Program-made: the position numbers and the translations under genes
The notes under the pieces: model-generated
What the model was told of the DNA's origin: nothing
What the model saw: the letters and a program-made list of their open reading frames with translations, nothing else
The model's database searches: none
Source: a virus
DNA length: 64,000 nt
Virus record (IMG/VR): IMGVR_UViG_3300050821_011467
Span: 1-64,000 of that record
Strand: one strand, 5' to 3'
Shown: positions 36,402 to 45,795 of the stretch, piece by piece
Position numbering within the stretch: the first letter of the stretch is position 1
Layout: each line of letters starts with the position of its first letter

Positions 36402-36616
36402 GGCCGGCCGCCATCGCGCAGGCATTCGTCATGCAGCCGCACCAGGGTCTGCTTGTCGCAGCTACCAAAGGCGCATTTCTTCTGCTCGTCGTAGTAGAGC
36501 CGGCAGCTGTAGGGTGGTGGCTGCTCGGATGCGGCGACCTGCGTCGGCTGATAGTGTGGCTTGGGCGGCGCCTCGGCGCAGGCCACTAGGGCCAGCGCCA
36601 GGATCAGGGGTTTCAT
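36398..36616 (-). CDS. Small lipoprotein
   Basis: MKPLILALALVA-C lipobox; four further Cys; ends LRDGGRP. Confidence 0.65.
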   Translation of the reverse strand: MKPLILALALVACAEAPPKPHYQPTQVAASEQPPPYSCRLYYDEQKKCAFGSCDKQTLVRLHDECLRDGGRP

Positions 36617-37023
36617 CGTGATGCAGCTTTTTGAGCGGCACGCCAGATGTATTTGGCGTCCTTGTGGCGGTTTCGTACTTTACAGTACTGGCTAAGGAGT
36701 AATGCGCCTAATAACCAAAGAAGGATGGTAAGCGGGAAAAAGACGAACAAGGCGAAGATACCCGCCCCAAAAAGTGCCAATGACATTGGAATTACAAATA
36801 TCAAGCTTAACAGTCCGCTTACAAGGCCAAACCGATTGCGCTTGTAATTGCGGTTTGCTTGAGCAAGAGCGACCGCGGATGCAACGTCAAGACGGGGTGG
36901 CGAGGGTGATGCGGTTGATTGAGTATTGGTCCGTCGCCTGATTGTCGTCGGCGGGAGGGTGAAATAGCGGGTCGTCCTTTGGAAGGGAATGGCCGGAACT
37001 GCCGGCGTCTTGAGTGTGTTCAT
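36613..37023 (-). CDS. Membrane protein (lower GC)
   Basis: Long hydrophobic hairpin; ATGA coupling. Confidence 0.55.
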   Translation of the reverse strand: MNTLKTPAVPAIPFQRTTRYFTLPPTTIRRRTNTQSTASPSPPRLDVASAVALAQANRNYKRNRFGLVSGLLSLIFVIPMSLALFGAGIFALFVFFPLTILLWLLGALLLSQYCKVRNRHKDAKYIWRAAQKAASR

Positions 37024-37111
37024 TCGAATTTGCTCCGTATGTCATTTACCGTCGTCTCGATGCGATCGAGACGCCCGTCCATAGCGATAAGCCGCTCCTC
37101 GACCGCGGAGT

Positions 37112-37330
37112 TTAGACGGCGATGTAGAGCAGCAGTTCTTCGGCACCAAAAACCTGCTCGGCGCCGCAACTCTCGCAGGTGTAGTTGCAGGCATCGGGTT
37201 CGACGCCGTCGACGTCGGTGCCGCAGTTCAAGCAAAAGCCTGGATTGTCGAGGCTCACCATCTCGCGTTCGACCGCCTCGACGATGCGATCCTCGGTGAG
37301 CGACGGGTGCCACAGTTTGCGTGCGATCAT
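37112..37330 (-). CDS. Zn-ribbon small phage protein
   Basis: GFCLNCG...GVEPDA..Y.CESCG...VFGAEELL. Confidence 0.8.
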   Translation of the reverse strand: MIARKLWHPSLTEDRIVEAVEREMVSLDNPGFCLNCGTDVDGVEPDACNYTCESCGAEQVFGAEELLLYIAV

Positions 37331-37515
37331 TGCTCAGTACTCGCTCGGCAGCAGGACTCGCTCCATACCAGTTTGTCATCCTGGTAAACCGCGACTTCCT
37401 TCACCTCGGGTCGGTTCAACAAAGCTACCGCCAACTCTCTGGCGCTGCTGCTGCTGCGACGACGCGTCTGCACCACTTCCCCGTTATGGTAGGTGATCAT
37501 TACAGCGTGCTTCAT
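37327..37515 (-). CDS. Small hypothetical protein flanked by 26-bp direct repeats
   Basis: ORF lies between identical 26-mers at 37331-37356 and 37518-37543. Confidence 0.5.
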   Translation of the reverse strand: MKHAVMITYHNGEVVQTRRRSSSSARELAVALLNRPEVKEVAVYQDDKLVWSESCCRASTEQ

Positions 37516-37520
37516 GATGC

Positions 37521-37877
37521 TCAGTACTCGCTCGGCAGCAGGATGACGTTATTGGTGAGCCACAAGGCGATCTCCGGCTCCGGGAAATCGGTGTACGGGA
37601 TTAGCTGGCGGTACACTTCATTGTCGTTGCCGTCCTCGCAGGTGAGGATTGCAACGGCGTTGCTGCTGACCGCCAGCTTCCACACCTGAAACTCTTCGCT
37701 GCTGATCTTGCTGATCCGCTGGGCGAAGACGATTTCGTCCAATAGCCAAAAAGCGCCGGCGGTTTCGGCGACATATTTCACTCCGTCGGTATAGGTGATT
37801 TTTGGGGCTGCCCAATGGCGGTACCACCGCTCGGTCCCGGTGAATTGGGCGAGGGTCGTCTGGTCAAGCTTTGGCAT
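37521..37877 (-). CDS. DUF6876-like protein
   Basis: LAQFTGTE.WYRH...YTDGVKYVAE.AGAFWLLD.I...EFQVWKL...CEDGN...IPYTDFP...LLPSEY. Confidence 0.75.
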   Translation of the reverse strand: MPKLDQTTLAQFTGTERWYRHWAAPKITYTDGVKYVAETAGAFWLLDEIVFAQRISKISSEEFQVWKLAVSSNAVAILTCEDGNDNEVYRQLIPYTDFPEPEIALWLTNNVILLPSEY

Positions 37878-37919
37878 GGATTGTCTCTTTTGAAAGGGAA
37901 TGGCCGTTCTGATAAATTG

Positions 37920-37948
37920 AACATATGCGCGATATGCGTATATTTCAA
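37920..37948 (-). promoter_or_regulatory. Sigma70-type promoter of the leftward early operon with overlapping operator
   Basis: TTGAAA-17 bp-TATGTT on the minus strand; imperfect palindrome ATAT.CGC-N5-GCG.ATAT across the spacer. Confidence 0.6.
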
Positions 37949-38151
37949 GGGCTATTTTTAGTCGGCGGCGGATTATTTTTGAGCCATGCGGCGTAGCGTT
38001 CTAACCAGCTCGCCTTATCGTCCGGGAGCCGCGCTCGACCGCGCTCGGCTTGGCGCAGTGAGGCTTCCGAGGCATAGCCCAGCAGGCGTGCGAGATTGCC
38101 GCGGCTGCGTCCAATGGTGGCGATGATCTGGCGCAATCGCTCGGGGGTCAT
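37945..38151 (-). CDS. Small HTH regulator
   Basis: MTPERLR..I..IG.S...LARLLG......R..ERG...P. Confidence 0.7.
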   Translation of the reverse strand: MTPERLRQIIATIGRSRGNLARLLGYASEASLRQAERGRARLPDDKASWLERYAAWLKNNPPPTKNSP

Positions 38152-38591
38152 GCGTGCTCGGCTAATAGGTCGCGCAGCTGCTGCTCGGAAAACACTGACG
38201 CGACGATTTGCTTGCCGGCTCTCTCGCCAATTTCGGTTAGCCAGCCGCCCAGCTTGACGCATTCGGTGCCGGTCGATTGGCCGAGCGTTTTGCCAGTTGG
38301 TAGCATGAAATCGAGCAGGCAAATTTGCGCCTTGATGCTGTCGATCATCTCCCGTGACGGCAGCCGGGGCGCGGTGTGGGCGTAGGATCGATAGTTGTTG
38401 ATAAACCAATACTCAACGATGCTTTCGATATATTCCGGATGAGCCTCAATTTCGGCGAGGCAGAGGTCAAGCAATTCTTCCCTGCTTGCCTGTGGATTAT
38501 CGGCAGCTAGTTGAAAGAGCAGAGCGCGCGGGTTATCGGCCTTGTAAGATTGGGCTTTGGTCGCTCCCCAAGGGGCAAGTGTTCGATTCAT
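38148..38591 (-). CDS. Hypothetical phage protein
   Basis: LLDFMLPTGK.LG..TG.EC..LGGW pattern; ATGA coupling. Confidence 0.65.
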   Translation of the reverse strand: MNRTLAPWGATKAQSYKADNPRALLFQLAADNPQASREELLDLCLAEIEAHPEYIESIVEYWFINNYRSYAHTAPRLPSREMIDSIKAQICLLDFMLPTGKTLGQSTGTECVKLGGWLTEIGERAGKQIVASVFSEQQLRDLLAEHA

Positions 38592-38911
38592 ATCTTGATC
38601 CCCAGTTCTTTGAGTGCAATCAACGCTGCTCGCTCGCGCTGACGGCGCTCGCGTTTGTATTCGAGCTGTTGGGCATTTTTGGCGGTACGGTCGCGCGTCA
38701 GATCGTGCCAGCGCCACGCACAGCGCTTGGAGCATTGTTTTTGATCCGATCGTCGCGGGGAATAGTCGCGACCACACACTCGGCATTTGCGGAGTTTTAC
38801 GGATTGCCCCGCCGATCCCACAGAAAATCGGATGGCTTGCCCGGTTTCATTTGCGCAGCCCCGCCAAACAGGTCCGGCAATATATATAAGCGCGTTCCAC
38901 GCATAAGGCAA
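38588..38911 (-). CDS. Zn-finger protein; start uncertain
   Basis: CRVCG..Y.PRR..Q..CS..C. Confidence 0.5.
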   Translation of the reverse strand: MPYAWNALIYIAGPVWRGCANETGQAIRFSVGSAGQSVKLRKCRVCGRDYSPRRSDQKQCSKRCAWRWHDLTRDRTAKNAQQLEYKRERRQRERAALIALKELGIKI

Positions 38912-38954
38912 ACGGGCAATTGCAGGCCGCCGCTGCGCTTTGGGGGCGAGGCCG

Positions 38955-40961
38955 ATGTTCCATCGCTACATCCCCCAGGTCCGATTGCACCTGTGGTGGC
39001 ACGGCGCGCGTGATGCGGGTGAGTTTAAGGAGAGCGAGCACCCGCGCGAGAAGAGCAGCGGCAAATTCACCAAAGGGGGCGGTGGCGGCGGCTCTGGCGC
39101 AAAGGCGGTTCCGACGCCCCCGCAGATCAAGTCGACCCATGCGACCAATGTCGGCAAGCAGAAGCATTTGAACGCGCTGCATGCGCTGGCCGAGGCGGGC
39201 TCGTGGGAGCAGATCGCGGCGTACCCGACACCGGGCTCCAACACCTACGCCAAGATGGTGCAGAAGTACAAAGCCGACCTGCTCAAACATGCCCCGGAGG
39301 GCACGCCCGAGCCGGCCGAGATTAAGACGCCGGAACCAAAAGCCGAGCCGAAAGCGGCGGTCTATGGGCCGTTAAAAAACGCGATAAAGGCCAAGGGGTT
39401 TCAGCCAGTCGGTGGCGCCACGGCTTCAGGCAAAGAACTGTACAACCATCCTGAAACCGACTTTAGCGTGATTGTGGAGCCGCCGACTAACCCAAGCAGC
39501 ATGATGGGCTCGTCAGCCTGGACGCTCTACAGTCCGGACGGCGACGCGGTCGCCAACGATTTCGGTTGGGTGTCGCTCTCGAACGCGATCTCGAAAGCAA
39601 ACCAGGCCGCGGCCGCTCCAGCCGCGCCAAAGCACAATATTGCCGCCCCCGTCGATCTCGCCGGGATGGAGCAGACCGGCCCCAAGCTCGGCAGCAATCC
39701 AGGCGGCACCTACAAGGCTCCGGACGGCAAGGAGTATTACGTCAAGATCCCCAAGAGCGACGATCACGCCAAGAATGAAATGCTGGCCGCTGCATTGTTC
39801 GGCGCAGCGGGCGGCAACACCCTGGTCTATCATCCGGTCAACACCCCCGACGGCAAGCTCGCAGTCGGCACCGAGAAGGAAAAGCTTGATAAGGACAATA
39901 TCTCGCAGCTGAGCCCAGCGGAGAAACAACAGGCGCAGCGCGATTTCGCACTGCACGCCTGGCTCGCTAATTGGGATGCTGCCGGGCTGACCGGCGATAA
40001 TGTCGGCACTGTCGGCAACACCGTCTTGCCGCTCGATTTTGGCGGGTCGTTGCTCTATCGCGCGCAAGGCGCCCCTAAGGGCGCAGCCTTTGGCAACCAG
40101 GCCGACGAGTGGACCACTCTGCGGAACTCGTCCAAGAACCCGTCATCGGCCAAGCTCTACGGCGACATGACCAAGGAGCAACTGCTCGAATCGGCGCAGC
40201 GGCTCGGCTCGATCAGCAATCAGGATATCGTCGACCTCGTCAACCGGTTCGGCCCGGGCGATCTAAAAGCCAAGGTTGAGCTTGCGCAGAAACTCGCCGA
40301 ACGCCGCAACAACGTGATGCAACAGGCGGCTGCCGAGGCCAAGAAGCCCGCACCACCGCCGCCCGAGCCGCCCGACACGCCCAAGCCGCTGTCGTCCGCC
40401 GCTGCGGCGCCGCCCAAGCCGCACGCGGAAATCAAAGAGTTGATCGACAGCAAGCAGTTTAGCGCCGCTTACCACGCGCTTGAATCGCACGCGCCGAAGA
40501 TCACCGATACCCAGGCGAGCGCTTTGAGCAATTACAAGGGCGCCTCCTACCAAGACATGAATGAGTGCATGCGCAGCCAGGACAACTGCAAGGATGTCCG
40601 GGTAAAGGAGCTGCAGGATTGGCTGGCGCAGGCCAAAACGCCGATGCCGATGACAGTGTGGCGCCGGCTCAAAGGGGCATTCGCCGACGCGCTCTATTCG
40701 GTCGGCACGGTCGGCATGCGTTTTCAGGAGCGCGGCTTTCTGTCGACCTCGCTTGATCCGGGGCCGATGTCAACCTGGGGCAAACTGACGATGGAAATTC
40801 AGGCGCCGGAGGGAATGCCCGGCACCACCGTCAACAACAACACGGAAAGCGAAGTGCTGTTCAATCGCGGCATCCACCTGACGATCAAGAGCTTTGACCG
40901 CAACAAAAAGCACATGGTGGTGACGATGGACGCGGGTAAGCCGGGTGAGGAGTTGGGCTAG
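38955..40961 (+). CDS. Polyvalent protein: kinase-like (PI3/4K/HipA-type) domain + ADP-ribosyltransferase (R-STS-ExE)
   Basis: N-term FKESEHPR...GKFTKGGG; YYVK...NE, WLANWD...N, LDFG; C-term VWRR...GFLSTS...ESEVLF. Confidence 0.75.
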   Translation: MFHRYIPQVRLHLWWHGARDAGEFKESEHPREKSSGKFTKGGGGGGSGAKAVPTPPQIKSTHATNVGKQKHLNALHALAEAGSWEQIAAYPTPGSNTYAKMVQKYKADLLKHAPEGTPEPAEIKTPEPKAEPKAAVYGPLKNAIKAKGFQPVGGATASGKELYNHPETDFSVIVEPPTNPSSMMGSSAWTLYSPDGDAVANDFGWVSLSNAISKANQAAAAPAAPKHNIAAPVDLAGMEQTGPKLGSNPGGTYKAPDGKEYYVKIPKSDDHAKNEMLAAALFGAAGGNTLVYHPVNTPDGKLAVGTEKEKLDKDNISQLSPAEKQQAQRDFALHAWLANWDAAGLTGDNVGTVGNTVLPLDFGGSLLYRAQGAPKGAAFGNQADEWTTLRNSSKNPSSAKLYGDMTKEQLLESAQRLGSISNQDIVDLVNRFGPGDLKAKVELAQKLAERRNNVMQQAAAEAKKPAPPPPEPPDTPKPLSSAAAAPPKPHAEIKELIDSKQFSAAYHALESHAPKITDTQASALSNYKGASYQDMNECMRSQDNCKDVRVKELQDWLAQAKTPMPMTVWRRLKGAFADALYSVGTVGMRFQERGFLSTSLDPGPMSTWGKLTMEIQAPEGMPGTTVNNNTESEVLFNRGIHLTIKSFDRNKKHMVVTMDAGKPGEELG

Positions 40962-41188
40962 CGCTTGTCGTAATGGACGTGAATTTGCGGTCGGCGCCGG
41001 GCGCGATCCTGCTCGCGTTGCTTGTGCCGCCACAACTCGCCGAGGCTGACCTTCTCGCCGTCGGGCATCACCACGTCGACTTGGTCGGCATGCTCGGCGA
41101 CAAAGCGGTTTTCATCGGTTGGCTCGGGCAACTGAGCCGGTGGGTCTTGGGCCAGATTTCTTCTCCTTCGTGTTAGAGATATAATCAT
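40958..41188 (-). CDS. Small hypothetical protein convergent with the ART gene
   Basis: Ends PQIHVHYDKR; start uncertain. Confidence 0.45.
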   Translation of the reverse strand: MIISLTRRRRNLAQDPPAQLPEPTDENRFVAEHADQVDVVMPDGEKVSLGELWRHKQREQDRARRRPQIHVHYDKR

Positions 41189-42129
41189 TGCCTGCGAAAA
41201 TTGCGACCGCGCCGCACGGGGCCGAGCGCATCGCGCTGCGCGCCACGGCTGCCTTGATACCCTACGCCCGCAACCCGCGCACCCATTCTGACGATCAGGT
41301 GGCGCAGATCGCCGCTTCGATCAGGGAATTCGGTTTTACCAACCCGGTGCTGGTTGACGGCGCCGGCGGGATCATCGCCGGGCATGGCCGCGTGCTGGCG
41401 GCGCAGCAGCTCGGCCTGGCCGAAGTGCCGACCATCGCGCTGGGCTATCTGACGCCGATACAGCGCCGTGCCTACGTCATTGCCGACAACCAGCTCGCGT
41501 TAAATGCCGGCTGGAACCTTGAGCTGCTGCGCCTCGAGATGCAGGCGCTCGACACCGATCACTTTGACCTGTCGCTGACCGGGTTTGGCGAGGATCAGCT
41601 CGCCGATCTGTTGGCTGGGCGCGATCTGCCTGAATTCACCGGCGAGTTTGAGTGGTACACGCCAGCAGAAATCATCGAACCTGCACGATCCGTCCTCGGT
41701 GGGATCGATCTAGACCCGGCTTCGAGCGAGACGGCACAACGCACAATCCGGGCGAAGCGGTACTACACCCGAGAGGATGACGGGCTGAGCAGGAAGTGGC
41801 GCGGGCGCGTCTGGCTCAATCCTCCGTATGCGGCCAATCTGGTCGGCAAGTTCGTCGCCAAGCTCTGCGAGCATGTTGCTGCGGGTGATGTTAAGGCCGC
41901 AATCATGCTGGTCGACGACAGAACCGATACTAGGTGGTTTCACGCGGCCGCTGTTGCGGCGGAGCGGATCTGCTTTCCTGCAGGTCGCATCCACTTCGTC
42001 CGTCCCGCGGGCGATCCGGGCGGGCCGCTGAACGGCTCGGCGCTGTTCTATTTTGGCGGTGCGCCCGATGCTTTCGAGGATGTCTTTGGCAAGATCGGCT
42101 TGGTGTTATGTCGGACCACTAAACCATGA
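41188..42129 (+). CDS. ParB-like domain fused to phage N6-adenine DNA methyltransferase
   Basis: LIPYARNPRTHS..Q..QIA.SI.EFGF.NP...IIAGHGR; EWYTP...DLDPAS...DGL...W...VWLNPPY. Confidence 0.9.
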   Translation: MPAKIATAPHGAERIALRATAALIPYARNPRTHSDDQVAQIAASIREFGFTNPVLVDGAGGIIAGHGRVLAAQQLGLAEVPTIALGYLTPIQRRAYVIADNQLALNAGWNLELLRLEMQALDTDHFDLSLTGFGEDQLADLLAGRDLPEFTGEFEWYTPAEIIEPARSVLGGIDLDPASSETAQRTIRAKRYYTREDDGLSRKWRGRVWLNPPYAANLVGKFVAKLCEHVAAGDVKAAIMLVDDRTDTRWFHAAAVAAERICFPAGRIHFVRPAGDPGGPLNGSALFYFGGAPDAFEDVFGKIGLVLCRTTKP

Positions 42130-42602
42130 AAAACCGTTTTAAGATCGAGCAAGTCGCCGAGGCGCTGCGCAAGAGTGCCGGCATTCAGGCGGGCGCCGCA
42201 AGAATTCTCGGCTGCACCCGTCAGGCCATCAGTCTATACGTCGCGCGCTATCCGCAATTGGCGCGGGTCGTCGACGACGCGGTAGAATTTAATCTCGACC
42301 TCGCCGAGACCAAGTTGATCGACGCGGTCAACCAGGGTGAGATGACCGCGATCAAATTTTACTTAGAAACCAAGGGTAAGAGCCGCAACTACACCAGGCG
42401 CCATGAAGTCACTGGCGCCAACGGTGGTGCAATCGAGGTGACCGGTGCCCGAGACAGACTCATCGCAACCCTCGACGAAATGGCAGAACGTCTTGCCATC
42501 GGGAATGCCGAGCTTGGATCTATCACCAGCCGAGCGCCTGATTCAGGAGCTAAACCAAACGGAGCGGGCGCAATTACTGAGGAAACAACTCAGCGACATT
42601 GA
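42126..42602 (+). CDS. terS: Terminase small subunit
   Basis: N-terminal HTH, AIKFYL..KG, EVTGANGGAI; directly upstream of the large subunit. Confidence 0.7.
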   Translation: MKNRFKIEQVAEALRKSAGIQAGAARILGCTRQAISLYVARYPQLARVVDDAVEFNLDLAETKLIDAVNQGEMTAIKFYLETKGKSRNYTRRHEVTGANGGAIEVTGARDRLIATLDEMAERLAIGNAELGSITSRAPDSGAKPNGAGAITEETTQRH

Positions 42603-43845
42603 CGCGGCGGGGCTGGTTTATGATTGGCCGTTCTGGGCCCGCCCCTCGCAATTGCCGCCGGCTGACCCCGATTGGGTCTATTTTATGCTCATGGCCGGGC
42701 GCGGAAGCGGCAAAACCCGCAGCGGCGCCGAGTACATTCGAAACGTTAAAAATGTCGCTTCGCCAATTGCCCTGATCGGCGCCACCGCGGCTGACGTCCG
42801 CGACGTCATGGTGCGCGGCCCGGCGGGGTTGCTCTCCATTGCGCCGCCCGGTGACTATCCCGACTACCAGCCGAGCAACCGGCGGGTCGTGTGGAAGAAC
42901 GGCGCCGAGGCGCTGATGTTCTCGGCCGAGGAGCCGGACCGGCTGCGGGGACCGCAGTTTGCAGCAGGTTGGTGCGACGAAATTTCGAGCTGGTCTTATC
43001 CGGACGACACCTGGTCAAACTTCCTGTTTGGGCTGCGCCTCGGCAAAAACCCGCGTGCGGTAATCACCACGACCCCGCGACCGATCAAGCTGGTCCGCGA
43101 GCTGATCGCCGACCCGCAATGCCGCGTCAGCCGGACCTCGAGCTACGCCAACCGCGCTCACCTGGCGCCCGCATTCTTTTCAAAGATCATCGCCCGGTAT
43201 GAGGGGACGAGGCTCGGCCGCCAGGAGATCTATGCCGAGCTCCTCGATGATGTGCCGGGTGCGCTATGGACTCGCGACAACCTCGAACGCGACCGGTTGC
43301 CGTTTGGCACCAAGCTTCCCGAGATGGCGCGCATCGTCATCGGTCTTGATCCCGCAGTCACCAGCGGTGAAGACTCGGACGAGACCGGCATTATCGTTTG
43401 CGCCAAAGATTATCAGGGGCAAGCCTACGTGCTGGCCGACCGCAGCGGGCACTATCAGCCGACCGAGTGGGCGCGCGAGGCCGTCGCGCAGTACCACCAT
43501 CCTGACCGCCCCGCCGACCGCATCATCGCCGAAATCAACAACGGCGGCGAAATGGTCGAGCACACCTTGCGAATGGTCGACCCCGGCGTCCCGGTCAAGA
43601 CGGTGCACGCTTCGCGCGGCAAGGTCATTCGCGCCGAGCCGATATCCGCGCTCTACGAAAAGGGGCGCGTCCATCACGTCGGGTTTTTCCCGCTGCTCGA
43701 AGATTCAATGACGAGTTTCACGGTCGACTACGACCGGTCGGTCAATGGTTCGCCGGATCGAATTGATGCTCTGGTTTGGGCCTTAACCGAGCTGTTGGTC
43801 GAGGACGCGGGTAATGCCTATCTCGAATCCTGGGGAAGGTGGTAG
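42505..43845 (+). CDS. terL: Terminase large subunit
   Basis: Walker A AGRGSGKT; LRGPQF...WCDE; TTTP; nuclease IGLDP...DETG...SPDRIDA. Confidence 0.95.
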   Translation: MPSLDLSPAERLIQELNQTERAQLLRKQLSDIDAAGLVYDWPFWARPSQLPPADPDWVYFMLMAGRGSGKTRSGAEYIRNVKNVASPIALIGATAADVRDVMVRGPAGLLSIAPPGDYPDYQPSNRRVVWKNGAEALMFSAEEPDRLRGPQFAAGWCDEISSWSYPDDTWSNFLFGLRLGKNPRAVITTTPRPIKLVRELIADPQCRVSRTSSYANRAHLAPAFFSKIIARYEGTRLGRQEIYAELLDDVPGALWTRDNLERDRLPFGTKLPEMARIVIGLDPAVTSGEDSDETGIIVCAKDYQGQAYVLADRSGHYQPTEWAREAVAQYHHPDRPADRIIAEINNGGEMVEHTLRMVDPGVPVKTVHASRGKVIRAEPISALYEKGRVHHVGFFPLLEDSMTSFTVDYDRSVNGSPDRIDALVWALTELLVEDAGNAYLESWGRW

Positions 43846-44138
43846 GCGGACCGGTCGGAGGGGACGTCGGTTATTTGATGGTCCGCTGGCTCAAATTCGG
43901 GGAGAGGGTTTTTACTGCCCATAAATACTACCCAGCGTTTCCATTGGCGCTCATCGCCAGCCTCTTGCCAATCGCGCCACGGTCCTGCCGACCAACCGAG
44001 ACGGTGATAGCACCAGTGCTCGCAGTAATGCCCAGGATAGCCAGGTAGAGGGTCTCCTCGTTTGCAGAGTTGCACATTGCGTATTTCGTGCTTATTGCGT
44101 GGCCATCCTTGTTCATCAATGCGATTCGACTGAGCCAT
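43818..44138 (-). CDS. Hypothetical protein, antisense insertion
   Basis: Fills the gap between terminase and portal; AGGGGG RBS. Confidence 0.5.
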   Translation of the reverse strand: MAQSNRIDEQGWPRNKHEIRNVQLCKRGDPLPGYPGHYCEHWCYHRLGWSAGPWRDWQEAGDERQWKRWVVFMGSKNPLPEFEPADHQITDVPSDRSAYHLPQDSR

Positions 44139-44187
44139 CTTGCCCCCTAAACAATGTTGTACCTTTTTATCAGCGCGGGAGAAATGA

Positions 44188-45795
44188 ATGCTTACTCCCG
44201 AGCCGATGCGCGTGCGGGTGGCGGCGAGCAGCCGTGATCTAAAGACCGGCGAGATCAGTCACCCATCCGGACCGGTAAGCGACAGTTATCAGAACTTTCT
44301 GGCCAGTATTGGCCAACACACCAACAACCTCTCGGCCGGCAGCACTTATGGGTTTAACCCGCTCAGTCGCGAGCGGATCATGCTCGAGTGGATGTATCGC
44401 AGCAGCTGGGTGTGCGGTGTCGCTGTCGATGCTGTCGCCGACGATATGGTCAAGATGGGCATCGATTTTGGCGGCACGATCCCGCCCGAGGATGCCGATC
44501 AGCTCGAAAAGACGTTGAATACATTGCAGCTTTGGGCTTCGCTTAACGAGCTCATAAAATGGGGGCGCTTATACGGTGGCGCCATTGCCGTCATCGATAT
44601 CGAGGGGCAAGACCCGGCGACGCCATTGCGGGTCGAGACCGTCGGCAAGGGGATGTTCAAGGGGCTGTCGGTCTTTGATCGCTGGATGGTCGAGCCGTCG
44701 CTGAATGATCTGATCACCCAGATGGGCCCGGATCGCGGGTTGCCGAGGTATTATCGCACCCACGCCGACGCCTACAGCATCCCGCAGATGACGGTGCATT
44801 ACAGCCGCATCATTCGTTACGAGGGCATTCCGCTCCCTTACTGGCAGCGGGTGCAGGAAAATCTCTGGGGCATGTCTATTTACGAGCGCCTGTGGGACCG
44901 GCTAACGGCGTTTGACAGCTCGACCCAGGGTGTCGCGCAGCTGGTCTATCGGGCCTATCTGCGCATCGTCAAATTGAAGGATCTGCGCGAAGTCGCTTCG
45001 ATGAGCCAGGAGGCGCAGCGCGGGCTGATGCGCCGGATCGAGCTGATGACCCGGTTTCAATCGAGCGAGGGCATCACCGTGCTCGGCGAAGGCGACGAGT
45101 TCCAATCGATCGCTTACGCCTTTGGCGGGCTCGACAGCGTGCTTCTCCAGTTCGGTCAGCAGTTGTGCGGCGCGCTCCAGATCCCTGGTGTGCGTCTGTT
45201 TGGCCAGTCGCCCGCTGGGCTGAACGCAACCGGCGACTCGGACTGGAGAAACTATTTTGATGGCATTCACCAGCAACAGGAATTGCGCCTGCGCCGCCCG
45301 GTGACCACCGTGCTGCATGTGCTCGCTCAGTCGGACGGGGTCAAATTGCCCGATGAATGGAATTACCAGTTCCGCAACCTGTGGCAGATGACCACGGTCG
45401 AAAAATCCCAGGTCGCCGAGACCAACACCCGCACCATCCTGGCCGCCGACGAGCTCGGCATCCTGCCGCGCAAGACCATCCTCCAGGAGCTGCGCCAGGC
45501 CAGCCGCGAGTCGGGGATCTGGCAGACCATCACCGACGAGCAGATCGAGGCGGCGGATATGCAGCTGCCGCCCGGAATGCCCGGAATGCCCGGAATGCCC
45601 GGAATGCCCGGAATGCCGGGACAGCCGCAAGCCGGCGTGGCGGGGCAGTCTGGGAAAGCTGAGCCGCCGGGCGGGAAACCGCCGGTACCGCTGCCCAAGA
45701 TCCCTGATCTGCACCTGCACGCGCCCACGGGGCAAACCGCGGTGCTGCACACCCACTATGACGAGCCGCCTGATAAATCCAACGGCGCGGGATGA
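44188..45795 (+). CDS. Portal protein (DUF1073/HI1409 type)
   Basis: MYRSSW....VD..ADDM...WGRLYGG...LFGQSPAGLNATG.SD..NY; position after TerL. Confidence 0.9.
   Translation: MLTPEPMRVRVAASSRDLKTGEISHPSGPVSDSYQNFLASIGQHTNNLSAGSTYGFNPLSRERIMLEWMYRSSWVCGVAVDAVADDMVKMGIDFGGTIPPEDADQLEKTLNTLQLWASLNELIKWGRLYGGAIAVIDIEGQDPATPLRVETVGKGMFKGLSVFDRWMVEPSLNDLITQMGPDRGLPRYYRTHADAYSIPQMTVHYSRIIRYEGIPLPYWQRVQENLWGMSIYERLWDRLTAFDSSTQGVAQLVYRAYLRIVKLKDLREVASMSQEAQRGLMRRIELMTRFQSSEGITVLGEGDEFQSIAYAFGGLDSVLLQFGQQLCGALQIPGVRLFGQSPAGLNATGDSDWRNYFDGIHQQQELRLRRPVTTVLHVLAQSDGVKLPDEWNYQFRNLWQMTTVEKSQVAETNTRTILAADELGILPRKTILQELRQASRESGIWQTITDEQIEAADMQLPPGMPGMPGMPGMPGMPGQPQAGVAGQSGKAEPPGGKPPVPLPKIPDLHLHAPTGQTAVLHTHYDEPPDKSNGAG
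45571..45615 (+). repeat. (CCCGGAATG)5 tandem repeat encoding (PGM)5
   Basis: Direct observation in the portal C-terminal tail. Confidence 0.9.

Noticed and set aside
44188-45795. Anti-CBASS (Acb1) function sometimes attached to DUF1073 proteins
   Set aside because: Position and motifs indicate a portal protein; no separate phosphoesterase domain is evident
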